DNA from: an uncultured virus (IMG/VR IMGVR_UViG_3300048033_000643)
Taxonomy: Duplodnaviria > Heunggongvirae > Uroviricota > Caudoviricetes > Crassvirales
IMG/VR virus record: IMGVR_UViG_3300048033_000643
Reading direction: 5' to 3' (one strand)
Length of the DNA stretch: 20,000 nt
Position numbers and translations under genes: made by a program. The stretch's first letter is position 1; each line of letters opens with the position of its first letter. Positions 6,175 through 14,306 of this stretch are shown here, one piece after another. Under the pieces are notes generated by a model. It did not search any database and was not told the origin of the DNA. It saw nothing but the letters and a program-made list of their open reading frames with translations.

Positions 6175-6589
6175 AGAATTGTATTACATATTTGAGGAAG
6201 CTTTAAATGATAGAAAAGCTATAGAAACTCAGACTAAAAAAGTTCATTCCGTAATAGCTAATGGAGTTAAAATTCAAAAGTTTTCTGATCGAATAGAAAT
6301 ACTTAACATGGGGAAAGGTGGCGACTATTTCCAAGAATGCACACTTGAGGAGTATGATTTTTTCTATGATGAGGGATGGGAAGTTGGATGTTATAAGGTT
6401 AAGATTAACAACTGCATACATAAACTTAAGATAATAGAAGAAAATATTAAAACTGAAGTAAATACAAGAAAGAACGATAAGCATATTCAAAATTTAAAAA
6501 ATAGAAGAGAAAAAATTCTTCAGAAATATACTATAAATAAAAATAAATTAAATCAAATCAAATCAAATCAAAATGGAAAATTACTTTAA
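6164..6589 (+). CDS. Hypothetical protein with coiled-coil C-terminus
   Basis: ORF track, overlaps both neighbours. Confidence 0.75.
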   Translation: MIIEELYYIFEEALNDRKAIETQTKKVHSVIANGVKIQKFSDRIEILNMGKGGDYFQECTLEEYDFFYDEGWEVGCYKVKINNCIHKLKIIEENIKTEVNTRKNDKHIQNLKNRREKILQKYTINKNKLNQIKSNQNGKLL

Positions 6590-7163
6590 AAAGTTGTCAG
6601 CCATCAACGTAAAAGGAATGGCAGAAAAAAAAGGAAATTTTAATTACCTATCATGGGCAAACGCTTGGTCACTTATTAAAGAGGCTTATCCTGATGCTCA
6701 AAGAAAAGTTTATGAATCAGCACAAACAGAGCTACCTTATTTTACAGACGGCAAAACTGCTTCAGTAAAAGTTGGAATAATGGTTAATGGTATAGAACAC
6801 ATTGATTATTTACCTGTAATGGATTACAGAAACAATTCAATTCCTATAGCTAAAATTACATCTATGGATGTTAACACTGCAATACAAAGGTCTACTGCAA
6901 AAGCTATTGCTATGCACGGATTAGGTATAGCTATATTTAAAGGCGAGGATTTGGTAAATATTGCAAGTCCGAAAGCTAACGTACCTAAGGAGCCTAAGAA
7001 GGAGATTACTTACACTCTAAAGGTAGGGGGCGATAATTGGGAAAAAGTTCTTAATTACATATCTAAAAAGCGAGGAGATGGATTAGAGAAAATAATCCAA
7101 ACTTTATCTACCAAGTACAAGATTACTGCTGAGGTAAAAAAAGAAATAGCTAAAAACGTATAA
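6573..7163 (+). CDS. DUF1071 / Sak3-like single-strand annealing recombinase
   Basis: YLSWANAW, VKVGI, LPVMDYRN and NTAIQR..AKAIAMHGLG motifs. Adjacent to an exonuclease and an SSB. Confidence 0.8.
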   Translation: MENYFKKLSAINVKGMAEKKGNFNYLSWANAWSLIKEAYPDAQRKVYESAQTELPYFTDGKTASVKVGIMVNGIEHIDYLPVMDYRNNSIPIAKITSMDVNTAIQRSTAKAIAMHGLGIAIFKGEDLVNIASPKANVPKEPKKEITYTLKVGGDNWEKVLNYISKKRGDGLEKIIQTLSTKYKITAEVKKEIAKNV

Positions 7164-7164
7164 C

Positions 7165-7902
7165 ATGACAGAATCTGTAAAAGAAATTGTCGGCAATTTA
7201 GCTGATGACACAAAATATTATGGCGAGTATGGTCAACAATTTTTATCTAACTCAGACATACTTAACTTACTTAAGTTTCCAGAAAAATTTAAGGTGCCAC
7301 AAGCTAAAACAAAAGCTATGGTGGAAGGAAATTATTTTCATACTGCGATATTGGAGCCTGAAAAACTCATAGATTTTAAAGTGATAGATGTGGCTTCAAG
7401 ATCAACAAAAGCTTACAAAGAAACTTGTGGGGAGAATGAAATATTATTGCTTCAAAAAGAAAAACTTCATCTTGATAGTTTAATTGACAAGATGCAATCG
7501 AATCTTGAGATGTTCGATGAAATTTATAAAGAAGGCAACAAGTTTGAAGTTCCACAAATTTCTGAGATAATGGGCAATACTTGGAAAGGTAAAGCTGATA
7601 TTGTTACAGATGAATTTGTAATTGACATTAAAACAACAAACGACATTTCAAAATTTTATTGGAGTTGCATGAATTATAATTACGATTCACAAGCTTATCT
7701 TTATCAAAGATTTTTTAACAAACCATTAAGGTTTTATGTAATAGATAAACAATCATTTCAGTTAGGAATTTACGACTGCTCTGCAAACTTTATAGAGGGT
7801 GGTAAAAACAAAGTAGAAAAAGCAACTGAGGTGTATAATAAATTTTTTAGCAATGAAAAAACTCATAACATACATAACTACATCCATAAAGAAATTCTTT
7901 AA
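7165..7902 (+). CDS. PD-(D/E)XK exonuclease (DUF3799 / RecE exonuclease VIII-like)
   Basis: LSNSDI, G..FHTAILEP, KGKAD, IDIKTT and Y..QAYLY motifs. Confidence 0.82.
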   Translation: MTESVKEIVGNLADDTKYYGEYGQQFLSNSDILNLLKFPEKFKVPQAKTKAMVEGNYFHTAILEPEKLIDFKVIDVASRSTKAYKETCGENEILLLQKEKLHLDSLIDKMQSNLEMFDEIYKEGNKFEVPQISEIMGNTWKGKADIVTDEFVIDIKTTNDISKFYWSCMNYNYDSQAYLYQRFFNKPLRFYVIDKQSFQLGIYDCSANFIEGGKNKVEKATEVYNKFFSNEKTHNIHNYIHKEIL

Positions 7903-8044
7903 GGTCTGTAGTCTTGAAAAAACAACAAGAAAAGGAGTAATGTGGGTGGATGTTCCAAACACCTGCACCTCAAGATTAGAGAAAGATTTTATTCTCTATG
8001 ACACAATAGATAGATTGGAGCAAAAAATTAAAATTATAAAATAA
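7853..8044 (+). CDS. Hypothetical protein
   Basis: ORF track. TAATG coupling with the SSB gene. Confidence 0.6.
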   Translation: MKKLITYITTSIKKFFKVCSLEKTTRKGVMWVDVPNTCTSRLEKDFILYDTIDRLEQKIKIIK

Positions 8045-8292
8045 TGGCAGAAAACTATGTACATCCTAATGGTAGTGGTTCTTTATTTAAGAATAGCTAC
8101 AAGGAAAAAGAAAATCAGCCTGATTACAAAGGGACAATTACGTTACCAGATGGATCAGAAAAAGAATTGGCTGGCTGGAAAGGAACAACTCAATCAGGAG
8201 ATGTTAAACTTTCAATTAAAATTAGTGACAAGTATGTGAAACCTCAATCAAATGACGAAAATCAAAGCAAATCATCTGAGGATTTATTTTAA
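8044..8292 (+). CDS. Single-stranded DNA-binding protein (DUF736-like OB fold)
   Basis: GSLFKN..K....PDYKG...LAGW motif and an acidic C-terminal tail ending EDLF. Confidence 0.75.
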   Translation: MAENYVHPNGSGSLFKNSYKEKENQPDYKGTITLPDGSEKELAGWKGTTQSGDVKLSIKISDKYVKPQSNDENQSKSSEDLF

Positions 8293-8300
8293 GTAACTAA

Positions 8301-8384
8301 GCATCAAATCAGGAGAAGCCACACTCAAGGAGGAGGCGAGATTTACTGACGAGTAATTAAGGTTCGATTCCTTTTTTGATGCCA
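8301..8384 (+). ncRNA. tRNA-like element or degenerate tRNA (acceptor stem, T-arm and variable-arm hairpin; no D-stem)
   Basis: GCATCAAA (8301-8308)/TTTGATGC (8375-8382), AAGG-TTCGATT-CCTT (8359-8373), TTACT-GACG-AGTAA. Confidence 0.55.
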
Positions 8385-8402
8385 ATTTAATCAAACAAAC
8401 AA

Positions 8403-10814
8403 ATGCAAATAACAATATTCAAGGACATAAAGGTTACCTCTCAGCCTTTTTATAGAGATGTCCATGTTATTCTAAAAAGAATACAAGAGGGAGCATCTAA
8501 AGACTTAGTAAAAAAAATAAGAGCAGAAAAAAACAAGGAGGCAAGGAATTTGTTAAAACAAAAGCTCCCCGCTGTTTGTTTCAGTGGAAAGTTTACTAAA
8601 AGAAATGATAAATCTTTACAAGAACATAGTGGGTTGCTGTGTTTAGATTTTGATGGTTATTCTACAACTAAAGAGATGTTGTCAGATAAAGAAAAACTTA
8701 CTAAAAACAAACATATTTATAGTGTATTTGTTTCTCCAAGTGGAAAGGGATTAAAAGCGTTAGTAAGAATACCTGCTGATCCAGAGAATCATGTCAATTA
8801 TTTTGTAAGCATTCAAAACAATTTAAACTCTACTTATTTTGACAAAACCTGTAAGAATATTTCAAGGGTTTGTTATGAATCATACGATCCGTTAATCTAT
8901 ATTAACGAACAATCAAGTACATGGGACAAAATTGAAGAGGAGCAGTACACAGAGGTTACTAAAAACATAGATATACCTACAATCCCAATTACAGATGAAA
9001 ATAAAATTGTAGATATTTTAAAAAAATGGTGGGAAAAAAAATATCCTATGGTTGAAGGTCAACGAAATCATAATGTGTTTGTATTAGCTTCAGCATTTAA
9101 TAGATTCGGTGTTTCTAAAACCTTAGCCGAGTATGTCATGAATACTTTTTCATCTCAAAATTTCAAACAAGGAGAAATAAAAAGAACTATCAATTCAGCT
9201 TATCAAAATGTACAAGACTTTGGCACCCAATACTATGAAGATGAAGACAAGGTTAATTTAATTAAAGCTAAGTTAAAAAGAGGAGTGCCAAAAAAAGAGA
9301 TCCGATCTCAATTAGAGGAAGAAAGTATTGAGGTCGGCACAATAGATAATATAATCCATAGGCTTGAGGATGAACAATCAAGTCAAAAATTTTGGTCTAT
9401 ATCAGAAAAAGGTGTTGTAAAAATTATACACATATCGTTTAAACACTTCCTAGAAGAGCATGGATTTTATAAATTTAATCCAGAAGGAAGTAAGAACTAT
9501 GTGTTTGTTAGAGTAACAAATAACTTAATTGATCACACAAGTGAAAAAGAAATTAAAGATTTTATATTAAACCATTTAATAGAGCTTGATGAAATTCAAG
9601 CTTATAATCACTTTGCTGAATGTACAAGGTATTTCAGGGAAGAGTTTTTGACTTTGCTTTCATCTATTGATGTGTATTTTATTGAAGACACAAAAGGTAG
9701 TGCTTATCTATATTACAATAACTCAGCAGTAAAAATAACATATAATGATATAACCTCTATTGATTATTTAGATTTAGGAGGTTACGTTTGGAAGGATCAT
9801 GTAATTGATAGACCATACATTAAATGCGAATCAACAGACTGCGATTATAAGTCGTTTATAGAGAATATTTGTAATGGCGAAAAAACTAGAATAAACTCAA
9901 TGAAATCTACGATAGGTTATTTATTACATGCGTGGAAAAATTTATCCTATTGTCCCGCAACCATATTAAATGATGAGGTTATTTCTGATAATCCTGAAGG
10001 TGGTACAGGTAAAGGTTTGTTCATGAATGCTTTAGGACACATGAAAAAATTAGTAGTGATTGATGGTAAGTCTTTTAATTTTGAAAAAAGTTTTGCTTAT
10101 CAACTTGTAAGTGCTGACACACAAATACTTTGTTTTGATGATGTAAGTAAGCATTTCAATTTTGAAAGATTATTTTCTGTAGTTACAGAAGGGTTAACCT
10201 TAGAAAAGAAAAATAAAGATGCAATTAAAATACCATTTAAAAAATCTCCAAAAGTATGTATCACTACAAACTATGCTATAAAAGGGAAAGGCAGTTCGTT
10301 TGAAAGAAGAAAATGGGAGCTAGAATTAGCACAACATTATAATAGAGACAACACTCCGATAAGAGAGTTTGGAAGATTAATGTTTGGGGAATGGGATGAA
10401 GATGAGTGGTGTGCTTTTGATAATTACATGATAGAATGTTTGCAAATGTATTTACAACATGGTCTTATTAAAAGTGAGTTTGTAAATCTTAAAATTAGAA
10501 GATTGTCAGCTGAGACATGCCATGAGTTTATAGAGTGGTGTGGGTTGTTAAAAGGAATGAATGAACATGAGTCGTTGCAACTTAATAAAAGATCGAATAA
10601 ACAAGATTTGTACATTGATTTTATTGAAGACAATCCAGACTTTGCTCCAAAAGCAAAGTTAACTATATCAAGAACTAAATTTTATAAATGGCTAATAGCT
10701 TATAATCAATTTAAATATGACTGTGATCCTGAAGAAGGTCGAGACAACACTTCGAGGTGGATTAGATTTAGAAATAAGCATGAACTAGAAGAAAACTTAG
10801 AAATAGAATTTTAA
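8403..10814 (+). CDS. Primase-helicase: BT4734/VirE N-terminal primase domain, PriCT-like domain and P-loop helicase
   Basis: K.KLPAVCFSGKF, GLLCLDFD, FVSPSGKGLK, DKTCKNISRVCYESYDP, EGQRN, Walker A GGTGKG, Walker B ILCFDD, ITTNY. Confidence 0.88.
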   Translation: MQITIFKDIKVTSQPFYRDVHVILKRIQEGASKDLVKKIRAEKNKEARNLLKQKLPAVCFSGKFTKRNDKSLQEHSGLLCLDFDGYSTTKEMLSDKEKLTKNKHIYSVFVSPSGKGLKALVRIPADPENHVNYFVSIQNNLNSTYFDKTCKNISRVCYESYDPLIYINEQSSTWDKIEEEQYTEVTKNIDIPTIPITDENKIVDILKKWWEKKYPMVEGQRNHNVFVLASAFNRFGVSKTLAEYVMNTFSSQNFKQGEIKRTINSAYQNVQDFGTQYYEDEDKVNLIKAKLKRGVPKKEIRSQLEEESIEVGTIDNIIHRLEDEQSSQKFWSISEKGVVKIIHISFKHFLEEHGFYKFNPEGSKNYVFVRVTNNLIDHTSEKEIKDFILNHLIELDEIQAYNHFAECTRYFREEFLTLLSSIDVYFIEDTKGSAYLYYNNSAVKITYNDITSIDYLDLGGYVWKDHVIDRPYIKCESTDCDYKSFIENICNGEKTRINSMKSTIGYLLHAWKNLSYCPATILNDEVISDNPEGGTGKGLFMNALGHMKKLVVIDGKSFNFEKSFAYQLVSADTQILCFDDVSKHFNFERLFSVVTEGLTLEKKNKDAIKIPFKKSPKVCITTNYAIKGKGSSFERRKWELELAQHYNRDNTPIREFGRLMFGEWDEDEWCAFDNYMIECLQMYLQHGLIKSEFVNLKIRRLSAETCHEFIEWCGLLKGMNEHESLQLNKRSNKQDLYIDFIEDNPDFAPKAKLTISRTKFYKWLIAYNQFKYDCDPEEGRDNTSRWIRFRNKHELEENLEIEF

Positions 10815-10816
10815 TT

Positions 10817-12052
10817 ATGGAATTAAGAGATTATCAAAAAGAGATTGTTAGATTAGGTGTAAATGTTTTAAAAGAACACAAATTTGTTTATCTTGCCATG
10901 GAAGTTAGGACTGGCAAGACACTTACGAGTTTGAGTATTTGTAAGACTCTTGCTGTTTCTAACGTTTTATTCATTACAAAAAAGAAAGCTATATCCAGTA
11001 TTCAAGATGATTACGACTTACTCAATCCTGATTTTTCTATTACTATTATTAATTACGAGTCGCTTCATAAAATAGATTCATCTCTGTATGATGTTGTAAT
11101 ATGTGATGAAGCTCATGGTATGGGTGCTTATCCTAAGCCTAGTAAAAGAGCAAAAGATGTAAAATCTTTAATACAAGTAAACAAAAATCCTTCTGTAATA
11201 TTATTATCTGGAACACCTACACCAGAGTCTTATTCTCAAATGTATCATCAAGTTTATGCTTTACCAGGCAACCCGTTTAAACAGTATAAAAGTTTCTATA
11301 AATTTTCACATCAGTACGTTAATATTACACAGAAAAAAATAGGGCCAACAAGTATTAACGATTATAGTGATGGTAAAGAGTCAATTCTTTATGAAATGAA
11401 ACCATACATGATTTCTTTTACACAGCAAGAAGCCGGTTTTAAAACACAAATTACTGAAGAGATATTAACTGTAGCAATGCATGAGTCAACTCATAACATG
11501 GTTAAAAAACTTAAAAAAGAAAGAGTTCTACAAGGTCAAGTAGAAGTTGTGTTGGCTGACACAGCTGTAAAACTTATGTCTAAAATTCATCAGCTGTATT
11601 CAGGAACTGTTAAGTTTGAAAGCGGAAATTCAGGTGTAACAGATTGGGCAAAAGCTAAATTTATACATGGTTATTTCCAAAACAAAAAGATAGCTATATT
11701 CTATAAGTTTAAAAAAGAATTAGAGGCTATTACTGACATATTTGGCGAGTCTGTAACTACAGATTTAAAAGAATTTAAAGAAACTAACAAGTGTATTGCT
11801 TTACAAATTGTTTCAGGAAGAGAAGGTATTAGTTTAAAAGAAGCTGAAGCTCTTGTGTATTATAACATTGATTTTAGTGCCACAAGTTACTGGCAGTCAA
11901 GAGACAGGATGACTACTAAAGACAGGCAGTATAATAAAATTTACTGGGTGTTTGCTGAAAATGGTATAGAGCATCAGATTTATAAAACTGTTATAGGTAA
12001 AAAGGATTACACTTTAAATCATTTTAAAAGAGATTTACTTACACTTAGATAA
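10817..12052 (+). CDS. SNF2-like / SF2 DEAH helicase
   Basis: LRDYQ, MEVRTGKT, INYESL, DEAH, LSGTP, SGREGISL and QSRDR motifs. Confidence 0.88.
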   Translation: MELRDYQKEIVRLGVNVLKEHKFVYLAMEVRTGKTLTSLSICKTLAVSNVLFITKKKAISSIQDDYDLLNPDFSITIINYESLHKIDSSLYDVVICDEAHGMGAYPKPSKRAKDVKSLIQVNKNPSVILLSGTPTPESYSQMYHQVYALPGNPFKQYKSFYKFSHQYVNITQKKIGPTSINDYSDGKESILYEMKPYMISFTQQEAGFKTQITEEILTVAMHESTHNMVKKLKKERVLQGQVEVVLADTAVKLMSKIHQLYSGTVKFESGNSGVTDWAKAKFIHGYFQNKKIAIFYKFKKELEAITDIFGESVTTDLKEFKETNKCIALQIVSGREGISLKEAEALVYYNIDFSATSYWQSRDRMTTKDRQYNKIYWVFAENGIEHQIYKTVIGKKDYTLNHFKRDLLTLR

Positions 12053-12291
12053 TGACAGAACAACAAATACAAAGTAAAAGAATCAAAGAGCTAGAAGCTG
12101 AAGGCTACTACGTTTTAAAATTGATTAAAACAAACAAGAATGGTATTCCTGATCTTGTGGCATTTCCAAAAAACTGTAATGTTTTGTTTTCTGAAATAAA
12201 AAAACCAACAGGTAAAGTATCCAAGCTTCAAGAATATAGATTAAAAGAGTTAGAAAGTTATGGGTTTAAAACAGAAATATATAAAGGATGA
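12052..12291 (+). CDS. VRR-NUC domain nuclease (Holliday junction resolvase-like)
   Basis: E..IQ, GIPDL, FSEIK.P.GK.S.LQ motifs, directly downstream of the SNF2-like helicase. Confidence 0.85.
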   Translation: MTEQQIQSKRIKELEAEGYYVLKLIKTNKNGIPDLVAFPKNCNVLFSEIKKPTGKVSKLQEYRLKELESYGFKTEIYKG

Positions 12292-12536
12292 ATAAATTAG
12301 AAGAAGAAATAGAATATTATAATTCATACAAAAAAAACCTTATACAGTTTATAATACACTCTTGCTCGTATGCAAAACAAACTAAAACAGTTAAAAGGAT
12401 AAGATTAACTGCTAATGAAATTTTGGGTTTACAAAAAGAGATTTGTAGGGTAGAATTGTTTATTTATGATCTAAAATTAATTAAAAATCCAGATGATTCT
12501 ATATTAAATTATCTAAATAATAAACATTTAAATTAA
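12288..12536 (+). CDS. Hypothetical protein
   Basis: ORF track, ATGA coupling. Confidence 0.65.
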   Translation: MNKLEEEIEYYNSYKKNLIQFIIHSCSYAKQTKTVKRIRLTANEILGLQKEICRVELFIYDLKLIKNPDDSILNYLNNKHLN

Positions 12537-12561
12537 TTTCACTATATTTAAAATTAAAACA

Positions 12562-12684
12562 ATGGCACAAAACGTAATTGAAAACGAAATTTTTGAACAT
12601 TTTAGAGTTGAAGAAAAAAAAATTACTGATGCAACTATTTTATTAAAAGAAAAAGGTTATATTATAATAAAAAAGAAGGCATAG
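12562..12684 (+). CDS. Small hypothetical protein, 40 aa (MAQNVIENEIFEHFRVEEKKITDATILLKEKGYIIIKKKA), absent from the ORF track
   Basis: A-rich leader. Fills the gap and ends 3 nt before ATG 12688. Confidence 0.65.
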   Translation: MAQNVIENEIFEHFRVEEKKITDATILLKEKGYIIIKKKA

Positions 12685-12687
12685 TAA

Positions 12688-12882
12688 ATGGCTCATAAAA
12701 TTTCAGTTGATGATGTGAATGCAATCAAGCACATTAATTATGTGACTAATAACTCTCACGACCTTGTAACTGAACTCTACGAAGATCTTATGGAGCGAGA
12801 TCATAATGAAGCAAAACTCAAAGCTCAGAACATTTGTCAGATCATGACAGAATTAATTAACTCTTTATCGGATGAAGTCTAG
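12688..12882 (+). CDS. Hypothetical helical protein
   Basis: ORF track. Confidence 0.7.
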   Translation: MAHKISVDDVNAIKHINYVTNNSHDLVTELYEDLMERDHNEAKLKAQNICQIMTELINSLSDEV

Positions 12883-13972
12883 AAAGGCTGAAGGCCCGAG
12901 ACTTAGGTTGTCTATTGAGGAGGTAGATATGATTCGTGAGCTTCGTGCTCAAAATTTAGAAAACGTTAATGACAACTCTGCTTTAACTGATCATTTGAAT
13001 GAAAGAGGTATTGATAAAAATGATGTTATCAGTGTAAAGCATTGGCAAAGTGCAAGTGGTGAGTATAGGTTTTCAATAGTAACTAAAGAAAATTTAGCAT
13101 TAAAAGAAAATCTAATATTTGAAAAAGTAAATAAGTTTGTTGAAGAACATTCTCCAGACTACAAACCTATAAAAAGAAAAAAGCAAACGGATCCGCACCT
13201 GCTTGTTATTAATCCTGCTGATATTCATATTGGAAAGTATGCTAAAGCTCTTGAGACTGGAGAAGAATACAATTCTCAGATAGCAGTTGAAAGGGTTATG
13301 GATGGTATACATGGTCTTATTGACAAGGCTCAAGGTTTTCAAATAGAAAAAGTTTTGTTTTGTATAGGTAATGATGTGTTGCACATTGACAATGTTTACA
13401 GTACAACAACAAAAGGAACACCACAGGACACGGATGGTAAGTGGTGGGAACACTACGAGCTTGCTTTAGCTTTATATGTAGAGTGTATAGAAACATTAAG
13501 AAAGATTGCTCCAGTAGATGTAGTTCACAGTATGAGTAATCACGATTATCAATCAGGCTTTCATTTAGCTCACACCTTACAAGCCTGGTTCCGGAAAGCA
13601 AAAGATATAACTTTTGATGTCACAGTAGCACACAGAAAGTATTATAAGTATGGAACATCTTTAATAGGTCTTGAGCATGGTGATGGAGCTAAAATGGATA
13701 ACCTTCCTCTTCTTATGGCACAGGAAAAACCCCAGATGTGGGCTAATACAAAAACTAGATATTGGTACTTACACCATATACACCATAAAGTCAAGCATAA
13801 GTGGAGAGACGCTAAGGACTTCGTAGGAGTCACTGTAGAGTACATGAGGTCTCCTTCGGCAGCAGACAGCTGGCACGCCCGAAAAGGCTTTACAGGCGCT
13901 CCTAAAGCCTGTGAGGGGTTTGTACACCATAAAGAGCTTGGGCAAGTGGCTAGATTAACTCACTTCTTCTGA
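12872..13972 (+). CDS. Calcineurin-like metallophosphoesterase with N-terminal extension
   Basis: Metal-binding motifs DIHIGK, GNDVLHID, SNHD, EHGD and HHIHH. Confidence 0.85.
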   Translation: MKSRKAEGPRLRLSIEEVDMIRELRAQNLENVNDNSALTDHLNERGIDKNDVISVKHWQSASGEYRFSIVTKENLALKENLIFEKVNKFVEEHSPDYKPIKRKKQTDPHLLVINPADIHIGKYAKALETGEEYNSQIAVERVMDGIHGLIDKAQGFQIEKVLFCIGNDVLHIDNVYSTTTKGTPQDTDGKWWEHYELALALYVECIETLRKIAPVDVVHSMSNHDYQSGFHLAHTLQAWFRKAKDITFDVTVAHRKYYKYGTSLIGLEHGDGAKMDNLPLLMAQEKPQMWANTKTRYWYLHHIHHKVKHKWRDAKDFVGVTVEYMRSPSAADSWHARKGFTGAPKACEGFVHHKELGQVARLTHFF

Positions 13973-14051
13973 GGTAGGAATTACATTATTGCAATGTTTG
14001 CAATGAAAATAAAATCCATTCTGGTTTGAACCATGTAAGTTCATAATCTTG

Positions 14052-14303
14052 TTACACCTCTTGCAATTCATTCATTAAATTTTTAGAATTTAAAAGAGTA
14101 GCACATTTTTCATATTCTTCTAAGTCTTCAAAGTATTCTATAAGCTGATCAAACACCTCTTCATAATCATCTATTACATCTTTAGTAGGATCAAATATTA
14201 AGGTTACTTTCATATCTCTGTTTAACAATTGCTCGTAGCCAACTTGATTAGTTATTACATAATAACTTTGTAACATGTAAATGTGTTCATCAAAATGTTT
14301 CAT
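14052..14303 (-). CDS. Hypothetical protein with a UVR (UvrB/UvrC)-like helical motif
   Basis: LIEYFEDLEEYEKCATL pattern. Starts 3 nt after the giant gene's stop. Confidence 0.65.
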   Translation of the reverse strand: MKHFDEHIYMLQSYYVITNQVGYEQLLNRDMKVTLIFDPTKDVIDDYEEVFDQLIEYFEDLEEYEKCATLLNSKNLMNELQEV

Positions 14304-14306
14304 TAA

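Noticed and set aside
6550..6572. (AAATC)4 tandem repeat before the annealase start
   Set aside because: Consistent with an ordinary A-rich Bacteroidota translation initiation region. Too short to imply more.
13973..14051. Bidirectional terminator between the convergent gene blocks
   Set aside because: Only weak AT-rich hairpins (ATTGCAA/TTGCAAT, TGGTT/AACCA) without a convincing U-tract.
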